NCBI RefSeq assembly: GCF_006345805.1
Contig: NC_043002.1
Location: 86,056,001-86,120,000 of the forward strand
DNA: 64,000 nucleotides
Source: Octopus sinensis
Taxonomy: Eukaryota
Direction: 5' to 3'
Positions 1 to 11,884 of the stretch are shown here, one piece after another. Each line of letters opens with the position of its first letter. Positions within the stretch are counted from its first letter, which is position 1. The notes under the pieces were generated by a model. That model ran no database searches and was not told the DNA's origin. It was given only the letters and a program-made list of their open reading frames with translations. The translations under genes and the position numbers were made by a program.

Positions 1-779
1 TCTAGTTCTGATGCCTCTACCAATATTACTCAGTTAAACACAATATGGCTATAAATTTTATGAGAAAACTATTGGCCATCTTTTTCACATGGATAATAAA
101 GAGCCGGTGGCAAGATGGGAACCACTGGCCTATAGACTGGTTGTACATAATGCTATTAATTCAGCCATCCATGTCTTCTGAATCATGGAACACATTTGCA
201 TCTGTTGATATCAAAAACATAAATAGTGAATTTGGTAAGAGGTTGGAAGGGGGAATAATAAAAACACATAGAAATTCCTGGTTTCCTACAGATTTACATC
301 TGAAGGACTTTGCTCAAATACCTTATCAGCTGTTCTAATAGTCAGCCTTTTGAATGTAATAGGTTATTTCAGACAAATGAATCGATATTTAGACATTTGT
401 ACATATTGATGCGTGTGAAAGAGAGAGAGAGAGGGGAGAGAAATAGGGAGAAAGAGAGAGAGAAAGAGGGAGGAAGAGAAAGACAATGAGGAAGAGGGGG
501 ATTTAAATTTTGAATTCGCAAATTTTAAAACAATATGGATATTTACACAAGCATTTTCTGCGTTTAAGAATGGATTCTCTTCCAAAAGTAACCACTTAAC
601 TCTTACAGCAATAGAAATTGTACTTATTTTACAGTTATAGTGATTCAAGCCAGTGGAGTTCATGTAACTTCAAATTAAATTCAAAACAATTATGATTCAA
701 GTGTATTGAAATAACATGTATAATCATGGTTAATCTTGGGTTACAAATGAGAGAAGTAAATAAAAAACAAACTACATAC

Positions 780-914
780 TGGTTTATATGGATACTCTTT
801 GATGGCTTTGGAACAACTTGGTTGGCAGCAGCGGTCAGCCACATCAGCAGCTGTTTGGCCAGTGCTGTCTTTGATATTTGGATTGCAATTATGCCTCAGC
901 AGGATTAAAACACA
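780..914 (-). CDS. Internal phase-0 exon of an ankyrin-repeat protein, espin/forked-like
   Basis: Minus strand tttcag|TGTGTT...AAACCA|gtatgt; 135 nt, open frame CVLILLRHNCNPNIKDSTGQTAADVADRCCQPSCSKAIKEYPYKP fits ankyrin consensus (LL..G.n.n.kD..G.Ta.d.A). From memory it resembles the last ankyrin repeat of espin (C.QILV.NGA..DVRD.DGYTAADL.D...H..C..YL). Not in the ORF track. Confidence 0.85.
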
Positions 915-952
915 CTGAAATTAGATTAAATAGTTGAAAAGATGAAATATTC

Positions 953-1073
953 AGCAAAAGAAGATAAATTTATTTAAAAAATTTTTTTTTAAATATATTT
1001 TATCAAAAGAAGAATGAAATAAAATTTATTAAGAAAATTTTTTAAATATATTTTATCAAAAGAAGAATGAAAT
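953..1073. repeat. Imperfect ~53-bp tandem duplication upstream of the exon acceptor
   Basis: aaatttatt..aaaattttttaaatatattttatcaaaagaagaatgaaata occurs twice in tandem. Confidence 0.7.
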
Positions 1074-2103
1074 ACTTGTCAGAGTGGTAGCATATAGTAA
1101 ATATCTCTAATCAATGATTTAGATAGCTTGAATATTTATTAGGCTTTTGAATAATAAACTCTTTCTCAGCTATACATAATTTGCAATGAGTTGTCATATT
1201 TCTGTATGACCTGCATCCCTTTGAGGATCTTCCATTTGATACTGAAATCAGTAGCATGTTCTTTGATACTTTCACTGTATTCCTATTTTCTATATAGGAG
1301 GAAGTATAACTAAAGTATCTTTGTTTAAATTTTTTTTCTACAATATCTACATAGTGTTCATCATATTATGTGGTTTACTATATGATCACCATAGGAGTAG
1401 TAGTATAAGAAGTAACAATTTCCTTGCAAAAATAAACAAGAGTACTTACTACTATAGTTGAGTGATACACACATGCATGCATATATATAATGATATATCC
1501 TATTATTACAACATCTAGTTTCATACCTACCCAATGCTAACCAATGTCAAATACCCAATTACTCAAATATCAACAACGTATATGTTGTAAGAATAGAATG
1601 TTTCAGGTAGTTCATTGTGGATTAAAAATACTTTGTAAGGGGTGTAACCCATTACATATTACTGTTGTTGAGATTAGCTATTTCCCTCAGGTAGTTAGAA
1701 ACTCAGGTGGTTTGCAAAACTTAAAAATATAACGGTTGGAGAACATAAATAAAACATAAAATATGAAGAGAAAAGAAAAAAACAAGGAAATGAAGATATG
1801 AAAGAACATGTAACATCCTCAAGAGATGCACACCACACAGAAATGACAAACTGTTGCAGGTTATTATCTTTTTACTATCTTAGTCATTGGACTGTGATAT
1901 TACGAGGAAACTGCTTTGAAGGGTTAAATCAATCAAATCAAACCAACTCCAGTACTTATTTTAAAATCTGGTGCTTATTCTATCAATCTCTTTTGCTGAA
2001 TTGCTAAGTTATAGGGAATGCAAATAAACTAAAACTGACTGTCAAGTGATGAGGGGCAAACACAGATAAAAACATACACAATGCAAATATGTACACAAAC
2101 ATA

Positions 2104-3389
2104 TTTGGTAATTCCATAAATAATGCTGTTTTTTCAATTGCATGAACTAAGAGTTGGAGAGGGGACAGGATAAACTACCTGCATCAACTTACTATAAAAG
2201 CAGGTAGTAATTTTATCTTGTGCTTATCCTTAGTGCAAGTTTCGAAGGGTGCAGTTCGATTTTAACAATTATTTTTTCAAAGCTATAATGGAAGTGACAA
2301 AGAAGCATATTTGGAATATTTTGCTTTATGAGTTCAATAAAGGCAACAATGCAATCGAAAGTGTGAGGAATATTAATGCAGTAAATGAGGATCAGACAAT
2401 AAGCGTAAGCCTGTGTCAATGGTAGTCCAGAAATTCCAAGCCGGAAACTACAGCCTAGAAGTCAAGCTTCATCCTGGAAGATCTGTAGAGCTTGACAAGG
2501 ATGCCTTGGAAACCATGGTAGAACAAAATCCCATCATAACTGTTGAGGAACTGGCAGAGAGCTTGGATTTGGTCATTCAACCATTCATTGACACATATGT
2601 GCCATAGGAAAAGTCAGCAAATTGGGTCATTGGATTCGTCACAAACTTTCTGAATCTAATAGAATGCAGAGAGTGAATGTGTGCTCTTCTTTGCTGTCAC
2701 GTCTCATGAATGTACCTTTTTTAGACTGAATAGTGACTGGTAATGAGAAATGGGTTCTTTATAAAAATGTCAAGTGCTAAAGACAGTAGGTAGGGAAAGG
2801 AGAAACACTGGTACCCCAGGCTAAAGAAGGTCTTCACCCATGTAAAGTGTTGTTATCTGTTTGGTGAGATATGAAAGGCTTAGTCCACTTTGAACTTTTA
2901 AACCCAGACCAAATGATAACAAAGGTGGTCTACTGTGAGCAGCTTAAGTGGCTTAAGTTGGCGCTAGAAGAAAAATGACTATCTTTGGTTTTGAGACAAA
3001 ATGTGCTCTTCCATCAGGATAATGCTCAGCCATATACAGTGAGGATGACATTCCAAAGGCTGGAGCAGTTTGAATGGGAAACGATGCCCCACCCACCATA
3101 TTCGCCAGATATTGCCCCATCTGAATATCATTTATTTCGCAGTTTTCAAAATCATTTGGATGAAAAAAATATGAATTCTGTAGATGAGGTCAGAACAGTA
3201 CTGGAGGAGTATTTTTCATCATGGACGAATGAATTTTGGAAGAGGGGCCTTGTAAGTCTACCAGGTAGAGGGAAGAGCATTGTAGAAAATGAAGGAGAGT
3301 ATATTTTAGATTAAAAAGAACTTTGTTTATCTTAATTTTGAAAAATAAAAGAACTATAAAAAAAATGCATTATTTATGGAATGGGTCAA
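2104..3389 (+). mobile_element. Full-length (1286 bp) defective mariner (DD34D) transposon
   Basis: Imperfect TIRs TTTGGTAATTCCATAAATAATG / CATTATTTATGGAATGGGTCAA flanked by TA. Transposase motifs IVTG(N)EKWVLY, FHQDNAQP, HPPYSPDIAPSEYHLF; multiple stops and frameshifts. Confidence 0.95.
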
Positions 3390-4328
3390 TATAAATACGA
3401 AGTTACTTGCAGGTTCCATTTACCAAATTCAGGGCTATAATACAAGACACTTGCCAAGGTGTCATACAGTAGCACTAAAACTGAAGCACAATAATTGTGA
3501 AACAAATTTCTTAACCCCACAGCCATGAATGTGCCCATATGTATAGTTATCTGTAAGAAGAGCCTCATAGTCAAAAATCTTATAAAACTGCAAACTATCT
3601 ACATGTTAAATCAGAAATATTTATAAACTGTGTCCACTTTGACAAGTACCTCCTGAAACATGAACTTCATACCACCTCCTGATTACTACTATGCTAATAC
3701 TTTAGCTGGTATGTTCATACATTCTCACTAATAGACATTCCTGATCTCACTATATATATATATATACACATATGATGTTTTAATGTACTCTTTGACATTT
3801 TTAACTCTTTAACTTTCCATAATCATTTCCTTATAGCAGAATAGATCAATACTTCACTATTCACCAGAAACACTCACCTACTCACTACTATCTACTTCAG
3901 CTGTAACCCACTGCAGCTGTTCATGAATTTATTATAAACATTCTGTTACATTTTCAGCTTTTTAGTCTTCAACTTATACTAATTTCCAGATACTTCCCTC
4001 TTATTCTTTCTTTTGTCTTCTCCCTGAGGCCTCACACACACACACACACACACATGTGCACACACACACTTTCATCTTTTACTTGTTCCTGTCATTGGAC
4101 TGCAGCCATGTTGGGGGAATTGCCTTCAAAGGTTTAGTCAGACAAATTGAACTCAGTACTAATATAATTTAAACCTGGTGCTTATTCTACTGGTCTCTTT
4201 GTGGAACTTCTAAGTTACAGGGATGTAAACGAACCAACATCATTTGTCAAGCAGTAATGGGGTACAAACACAAATGCAACAATACACACACAAAGATACA
4301 TACATATATGTGTGTGTATATATTTATA

Positions 4329-4559
4329 TATTTCTTTACTACCCACAAGGGGCTAAACACAGAGGGGACAAACAAGGACAGACAAATGGATTAAGTCGAT
4401 TACATCGACCCAAGTGCGTAACTGGTACTTAATTTATCGACCCTGAAAGGATGAAAGGCAAAGTCGACCTCGGTGAAATTTGAACCCAGAACGTAACGGC
4501 AGACGAAATACGGCTACGCATTTCGTCCAACGTGCTAACGTTTCTGCCAGCTCACCACC
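4329..4559 (-). mobile_element. SINE family B (~235 bp, tRNA-like head)
   Basis: Matches the multi-copy GAGCTGGCAGAAACGTTAGCA...GTTCAAATT...GCCTTTCATCCTTTC.GGGTCGATAAATTAAGTACCA...GTAAAGAAATA repeat. Confidence 0.85.
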
Positions 4560-4759
4560 CTATATTTGTGTATATATTTATATTATGGGCTTCTTTCAGT
4601 TTCTATCTACCAAATCTGCTTACAAAGTTTTGATTGGCCCAAGGATATAGTAGAAGACATTAGGAAGGCCATTCAGCTGTGGAAACCATTCCAAATCAGA
4701 CTGGAACCTGGTACTGCTCTCCAGCTTATCAGTTCCAGTGAAACTATGTAACCCATGTC

Positions 4760-4794
<35 letters not shown>

Positions 4795-4801
4795 ATATAT
4801 A

Positions 4802-4841
<40 letters not shown>

Positions 4842-4843
4842 TC

Positions 4844-5152
4844 TAGCCTCGGGTTGACCAAAGCCTTGTGAGTGGATTTGGTAGACAGAAACTGAAAGAA
4901 GCCTGTCGTGTATATATATATATATTATATATATATATATGTATGTGTGTCTGTGTTTGTCCCCCCAACATTGCTTGACGACCAATGCTGGTCTGTTTAC
5001 GTCCCCCGTAACTTAGTGGTTTGGCAAAAGAAACCGATAGAAGAAGTACTAGGCTTACAAAGAATAAGTCCTGGGGTCGATTTGGTCAACTAAACACGCT
5101 GCTCCAGCATGGCCACAGTCAAATGACTGAAACAAATAAAAGAGTAAAAGAG
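4844..5152 (+). mobile_element. SINE family A, 5'-truncated
   Basis: TAGCCTCGGG..GACCAAAGCCTTGTGAGTGGATTTGGTAGA, internal (TA)n, GCTCCAGCATGGCCACAGTCAAATGACTGAAACA and (AAAAGAGT)n tail. Confidence 0.85.
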
Positions 5153-5169
5153 TGTATATATATATATAA

Positions 5170-5390
5170 AACTATAAATAAGGGTATCTGAGAGACACCA
5201 CCATGCCGAAATAGCAGTCAAACCCTAACTCTAAAAACCACCTAAAATGTTCATTTCGCACCATGAGATAAGACAGAGAGACAAAATAAACTAGCAAAAA
5301 GATATTACTGGATAATACAACAGATACCCTTATTTATAGTTGTAAAAAATTATTACCTTTGTATTATCCTTATTTATAAATATATATATA
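5170..5390. repeat. Asymmetric fold-back insertion in (TA)n, 21-bp arms
   Basis: 5170-5190 and 5321-5341 are perfect reverse complements; an unpaired tail runs to the (TA)n at ~5390. Confidence 0.7.
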
Positions 5391-5744
5391 TATATAAAGA
5401 ACAATGATTGTCTTTGATGCAAAGAGTTATGGAAAGATCTATTCCATATTGGGAGCATCATTGTGAGAGAGCATATCCCAAATGAAGTAATTTGAGAATG
5501 GGGCAAAGTGAATGTCATAACTTCAGAATACTGAAAGCCCAAGTCTCACTAGTCCAGACACGCTACAAGGTTCATAGACAAGTGAAATCATGCAGTTGCT
5601 GAATGGTATCCAAGAGATTGGAAAAGGCCACTTGGAAGGCTTCCACGTGATGGGAAGGAATTTAGTTGACTAATTTGTACCAAGATGAAAAAAGAAGAGC
5701 ATAATCAAGAAAGAAATGTAAGCACATTTTGATCAGTGATGTGT

Positions 5745-6061
5745 TGTTTTTTTTTGTTGTTTGTTCCTTCTGGGGCCATGCCTGGCTCATAAGGGCCGGT
5801 TTCCCGGTTTCTTGGCGTATAGGTTCCCCACCTGGACGGGACGCCAGTCCGTTGCAGGTGAGCTGCAAGGTGCAGGAGGAAAGAGTGAGAGAAAGTTGTG
5901 ACGAAAGAATCAGCAGAAGTTTTGCCATTACCTTCTGCCAGAGCTGTGTGGAGCTTAGGTGTTTTCGCTCATAAACACACACATCGTCCGGTCTGAGATT
6001 CGAACCCACGATCCCTTGACCGCATGTCCACTGCTCTAACCACTAGGCCATGTGCCTCCAC
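5745..6061 (-). mobile_element. tRNA-derived SINE family C, full length with 13-bp TSD
   Basis: A box TGGCCTAGTGG, B box GGTTCGAATC, (AAC)-rich tail; TSD ATCAGTGATGTGT at 5732-5744 and 6062-6074; second copy at 28959-29257. Confidence 0.92.
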
Positions 6062-7496
6062 ATCAGTGATGTGTAACAAAATTCAATGGTCTGGTCAATA
6101 CAAGTGATACATGTCTATGTATATTCACACGCATACATATAGACAGACACATGTACATGTGTTAATGATGATTTATGAGTGTTGATAAAAATTGACTGCA
6201 TAAAGCATTAAGTCATGAGGATTGCAAAGTTATGTTGCATTTCATTATAATTTGAATGTTCAAAGTTAAAAGTAGTTATAAATGAAATGAAATTTTTTTC
6301 ATTTGAGAATTAAAAGTTATGTTTACAAATATGCATTTAAACATGAAAGTCTAAAGAAAGGCAAGAAGAAAGATAGGTCAGGTAATGTTTTCCAAGTTGA
6401 GACTGTTAACGCATAGTCAAAACATCTACCTTTCAGATATTTCTAGAGAATTTAATTTAAAAGAGATAATTTTATATATATTATAGAAGATTGAAAAGAG
6501 AATTGTCATCTAGACTACATTTGTATGATATATAATAGCTAAGTAGGTAAAAGCATATTTAATGTGTGGAATATTATCAGGTAAAGTAGAATGAGACAGT
6601 TTTCTCACACTAAATGTAGTGACCATCAACAATCTAATTAAAAATAGTTATTCACTGAGGAAAATTCACCATTACCTTAATGGCTAATGTGATTTTAATC
6701 ATTTTGGGAAGTATGGAAGAGAATTCTGGTCATATCGGACCTACACAGCAAAGAATGGAGTTTGCTGAAGTTGTTGAAGCAGGATGGGAAAATCAATAAA
6801 TAGATGTGCAATAATATACATGAGTAAGTTTGAAAAGTTTAGGATGATAATAAATAAAAATAATAAATCACTGAAGTTAATGATGGTGAAAGAAGATTAA
6901 TATTAATTAATTCATTGACACTGTTGTTTTCACATTTGCTTTTTCCATGCTGGCATGTGTTGGATGAGACTTGCTGAAGCAGTATTCCACACCCAGAAGA
7001 CCTTCTTGATACCAACACTTGCTTGTTTTCAAGTAAAGTATTGCTGCACTGCTAAACTTGTTGATTATGCATGGCATAAACATTGTCAATGCTGGTCAAG
7101 TGGTATCAACATGAAGACATATAGAGACATGCAGATATGAACTTACACACAGGCGTGTTTGTTCATTGAATGCCCACTTTTCCATGAAAGCACAACTAAA
7201 ATGAGAATCGATTTTGAGGTAGGATTTTATAGCAGAACACTTTTTCTGTCAACCAGCACTCATCTATTTTTCCAGGAAGGGGTTTATTCATTCTACATAT
7301 CCTCACAAGCACAGAGCAAGTGGCCATAAATGTCAACAAGCAAATGTAAACTTCACCATCATTTTGCTCAAACGGAGGTTAATGAGATATCAACATTTAC
7401 ATAAATTTGCATGTACATACACACATTTATGTGATGGTCTTAATTAAGCCTCCATCAGCCAAATTTCTTCACAAGACACTCATCAGTCTAGTGTTA

Positions 7497-7872
7497 TACT
7501 CTTTTACTTGTTTCAGTCATTTGACTGTGGCCATGCTGGAGCACCGCCTTTAGTCAGGACTTATTCTTTGTAAGCCTAGTACTTATTCTATTGGTCTCTT
7601 TTGCCGAACCGCTAAGTTACAGGGACGTAAACACACCAGCATCGGTTGTCAAGCGATGTTGGGAGGATAAACACAGACACACAAACATATACACACACAT
7701 ATATATATATGATGGGCTTCTTTCAGTTTCCGTCTACCAAATCCACTCACAAGGCTTTGGTCGACCCGAGGCTATAGTAGAAGACACTTGCCCAAGGTGC
7801 TATGCAGTGGGACTGAACCCAGAACCATGTGGTTGATAAGTAAGCTACTTACCACACAGCCACTCCTACGCC
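7497..7872 (-). mobile_element. SINE family A, full length
   Basis: tRNA-like head GGCGTAGGAGTGGCTGTGTGGTAAG...GGTTCAGTCCC, internal microsatellite and GTAAAAGA tail; more than 10 copies in the window. Confidence 0.9.
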
Positions 7873-8115
7873 TATAGTGTATCTTTTCAATGTACTACAC
7901 AGTAGAACTAGATGCAAAACCACAGTGTTTTGAAGCAAACTTCTAAACCCCTGCTATACCTACATGATGAGCTTCCATTCCATTTCCAACTACCAAGTGG
8001 GTGGGTGGAGTGATGACATAATGGGAAGAACAAAGTCATTTGGATTGGAGAGGGTAGTAGGGAAGAGAATGTAGTGAAAGATGGGGAGAACTAGAGGGAG
8101 TAACAGAAGAGAAAT

Positions 8116-8540
8116 GGATCTTTTCGGTTTGACTGGCAGTTTTTTCTAGCAGTGTCATATGAAATTGTCACCCATAATTATGACCCTAGAATCGATCTAT
8201 TGCATTTCAATCTCTTTTAGGGTTAGGGTTAGTTAGGGTTAGGGGTGGGGGGAAGGGCATCTTTTTTTCTTCACAAATGTAAATAAACTCAATCTGTTTC
8301 TTAAACGAGGGACATATTCATACGGCACAGAATGCTTTTTAACTCAATAGACACCACCGATTGGTTGAAATTGCAGAAATTGAAGAAAAAAAACAACAAA
8401 TATATTACAAACTAGAATTTTCTCAATAAAGCCAAGAGAAAAAGATGTTTTATAAACACATTCTACCAGTATGCGAAGTTTAAAATTTTTTAGTTACTTA
8501 GAAATTATGTTAAAAACTGCCATACAAACCGAAAAGATCC
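8116..8540. mobile_element. Non-autonomous TIR element (MITE) with GG..CC termini and 8-bp TSD, Merlin-like; contains TTAGGG repeats
   Basis: TIRs GGATCTTTTCGGTTTGACTGGCAGTTTTT / AAAAACTGCCATACAAACCGAAAAGATCC; perfect TSD AGAGAAAT at 8108-8115 and 8541-8548; ttagggttagggttagttagggttaggg at ~8217-8244. Superfamily is an inference. Confidence 0.85.
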
Positions 8541-9130
8541 AGAGAAATATTAATGGAACTACAGAGTTACTGATATGAGAGAGAGAGACTAAATGATGGA
8601 TATCAATAATGCATGACCTGGTGAAGAGTGAGTGATGACTGCAGCATAAATAGAATGTATGTGTTTGTGGGACATTTACACACGTATGAAAAACATATGC
8701 AAATATGAGCATATCTGTATGTATGCCTGTGTCAATGTATGTACATACATGAGTGGAAAATTAAACAAATACTGGCTTGCAAATTGTGCAGACTTGCAAA
8801 TGTGAGCAGGCAGGTGGGGGTGCAAGAGAGAGAGAGAATTTATGTGGATACATAAAGCAAAGTGTATGTGTCTTCGTTTATGTGTGGTGTGTGTGTGTGT
8901 CTATACACTTGTTAAAATGTACATACATCTATATGTGTACATGTGTGAGTGTGTGCTTAGAGAAGGGTATGTATATATGTGAGCATGTGTGTATGCTTGT
9001 GGTGTGCATGAGTAACAAGCAAATGTGAAAAATGGAAAAGAAAATTTATAATTTCAATAAAAATAGCAAAATAAAAAGTAAACAAAAATAATAATGAAAT
9101 AATAAAAATACTAAAACAAAAATAGACACA

Positions 9131-9535
9131 GGCGTAGGTGTGGCTGTGTGGAAAGAAGCTTGCTTCCCAGCCACATTGGTTCTGGGTTCAGTCCCACTAT
9201 GTGGCATTTGGGCAAGTGTCTTCTACTATAGTCTTAGGCCAACCAAAGCCCTGTGAATGGATTTGGTAGATGGAAACTAAAAGAAGCCTGTCATATATAT
9301 GTGTGTGTGTGTGTGTGTGTGTTTGTGTCTGTCCTCTGCCACCACTTGACAACCAGTGTTGGTATGTTTATGTCCCTCATAACTTAGCAGTTCTGCAAAA
9401 GAGACTAGCAGAATAAGTACTAGGCTTAAAAAAAGAAGATAGGTACTGGATTTGATTCACACAATTAAAACTTGAAGGCCGTGCCCCAGCATGGCCGCAG
9501 TCTAATGATTGAAACATAAAAAATAAAGGATGAAA
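9131..9535 (+). mobile_element. SINE family A
   Basis: Same head, core and tail as 7497-7872. Confidence 0.88.
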
Positions 9536-9761
9536 GAAACAGACACACCAAAGCCGAGCAGTCACTTGCAAGCTAGTGCAATATCATACCTTGCATCACA
9601 TATATGCTAATTTTGTTTAGTGCCAATGTAGTTGTGAGCATAGACATGCTCTTCATTCTCCTACCTTTGACAAAGCAGAATATCAAGGATATAACATCTA
9701 GAGGAGAGGGCTGAATGAGTAGTCACCTGGTAGTAAACCTAACTCTACCCCTTCCACTACT

Positions 9762-11755
9762 AGTTTTACCCAATTTGATATGGCGGATTTCTACCCATCT
9801 GTATCAAGGGAGCTCCTTTTTAAGGCATTGGACTTCACTACGGCCTACACTAAAATCAGTGATGAGGATATACACATTATCATGCATGCCAGAAGAACCA
9901 TACTCTTCAGTAACGGTCAGCCTGGGCCAAACGAATTGACCCAGAAGGTTCCCTTGACATGGCAATATGTGCCTTCAACATTGCTGATGTGTGTGATTTT
10001 GTTGGTTTCTTCATCTTAGATGTACTCAAAAGAAATTCCCTTCAATTAGTTTTGGCCTCTACAGGGAAGATGCCCTGGCAATATCAAGAGGGGCAAATGG
10101 TCACAAGCTAGATAGGCTTAGAAAGGATCTCACCAGCACCCTGAACTCCTTTGAACTGAAGGTCACAATAGAAACCAATCTGAAAACGGTGGAATTCCTT
10201 GATGCAACCCTGGACTTAGAGTCTGGTGCCTATAGATCCTTTAGGAAGCCATACAAGAAGCTATCATACATTAACACAGGTTGCTGTCATCCAACCATAG
10301 TTTCAAGAACCTGGTAAAGGTGTCAGTAGAAGAAGCTCCTGCTTATTTTCAAGCAAAGAGATCTTTGATGCTGCCGCTCCATACTACAATGAGGAGCTGG
10401 TTGCCAGCAGTTTCAAAGATAGAATTAGTTACATGCCAGAACCTAGCCCCTCCAAGAAAAAGTGCCACTGAAAAGTGGCACCACCCTTCTCTTTAAGTGT
10501 TAAAACCTAAGTAGGTAAAAAATTTTTTAGCTTAGTTGATAAACACTCCCCCCGTACAAATAGATTTAACAAAATATTCAATAGACATAACCTGAGGATT
10601 CCTTTAGCTGTGCACCTAGTATAAAAAAGATTTTAGTAGGTAGGCCCACATCTGAGACAGGCAGAATGCTCATGTAGGGGTAACACAACATGTCCACTGA
10701 ACAGTCACTGTAACATGGAGACCATCATATATCAGGCAAAAGGTAACAGCCATAGGACCAAATGGGCAACCAAACGTGCAACAGTAGGTGGGGGAAACTG
10801 AAGGCCCCTACAGAACCCGCTTTAGCAACCACAATCCTCCTTCAACATCCTAGAGATGCAATGTCACAACCTTGGCCAAGCACATTTGGTCTTTGAAAGA
10901 AAGTGCCACCAAGTACAACATAAAGTGGAAGATCCTGGAGAAATGTAAACTGCATTTCAATAGCAGCAAGAAGTGCATATTGTGCCTGGCAGAGAAAAGA
11001 GCGATTTTAAAGAACACCCAGCACCCAGTCATTTACCTGAATAGCAGAAGTGAAGTGTTTAATCAACACTGTTGTTTTTACAATAGCAAGCAGAAGTGAA
11101 GTGTTTAAGTACATCCTATCATACCTGCATGCCCCATCATGACTACAATCGCCAGTCTCCCAGCCTTGGTTCTCCACCAATACCCTGGAGTCTAGCAAAG
11201 AGTTTGACCAGAGCATTCACCAATGCACCCACATACAAACATGCATGCTCCAACATGGCGGACACCTACCAAATAGATTATTTTATTACCACTCCGAATA
11301 TAAACTCCCCCTCACATAAAGCCCCTACTACCTTAACCAATACAGAAAGAAAACACACTAACAAACACAGTCATGTAAGCCTATACTGCCTGCACAGACC
11401 CAGTTTCCATAAGAACACCAACCTGAAATATGTGCAAATTTCCCACAAACACTTCAAGATACCTCTTACCAACTTGCAGCATAACCAACCCAGTGGTGAT
11501 GTCTTGGTATCAAGGGACATAACTCAACTTAATCCCCAACTCATTTCATTTCATCATCTTTTCACAGCTACCAGAAACCAGATGTGTTCATTCGTCTCTA
11601 ACAATATAGAGTAGTCACCAGATTTAATCCCATATTGGCTACCTCTGATGAGGTATATAACTAGATTGTTACCAAACACTCCGTTGAACCTCAAGCGAAA
11701 CCAATTGGTGAGATCAGCCATGACGGATATATAATATTGTACACTTTGGATAATG
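9762..11755 (+). pseudogene. Decayed Penelope-like retroelement, Naiad-type (RT + GIY-YIG + 3' pLTR)
   Basis: Across frameshifts: FTQFDMADFYPSVS...IIMHARRTILF, DVCDFVGFFIL, FGLYREDAL (YRDD-type), ETNLKTVEFLDATLDL, CSCRG..TCPLNSHC, LAKHIWSLKE...IKWKILEK...KCILCLAEK...LNSRSE; ends in (TA)n. Confidence 0.9.
11636..11720 (+). ncRNA. Degenerate type I hammerhead ribozyme motif in the PLE pLTR
   Basis: tggctacct-CTGATGA-long stem II-GAA-ACCAATTGGT (palindromic stem III)-G-agatcagcca. Position 17 is G rather than H, so it is probably inactive. Confidence 0.65.
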
Positions 11756-11812
<57 letters not shown>

Positions 11813-11851
11813 CGTTGGCATTCTTTTTGTCTCGGGAGACAATAGAGTTGG

Positions 11852-11883
<32 letters not shown>

Positions 11884-11884
11884 C

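Noticed and set aside
45-338. 97-aa plus-strand ORF and a possible minus-strand acceptor near 201
   Set aside because: No recognisable domain; the minus-strand frames I checked stop quickly.
5985-6061. tRNA-like sequences with A/B boxes (also heads of SINE A and B)
   Set aside because: They are SINE heads followed by SINE bodies and TSDs, not tRNA genes.
8217-8244. TTAGGG repeats as a telomere or fusion scar
   Set aside because: Only about four units, inside a TIR element with TSD.
10660-10720. Possible selenocysteine (UGA) usage in the Naiad zinc linker
   Set aside because: Cys positions are TGC/TGT; stops elsewhere are consistent with ordinary decay.
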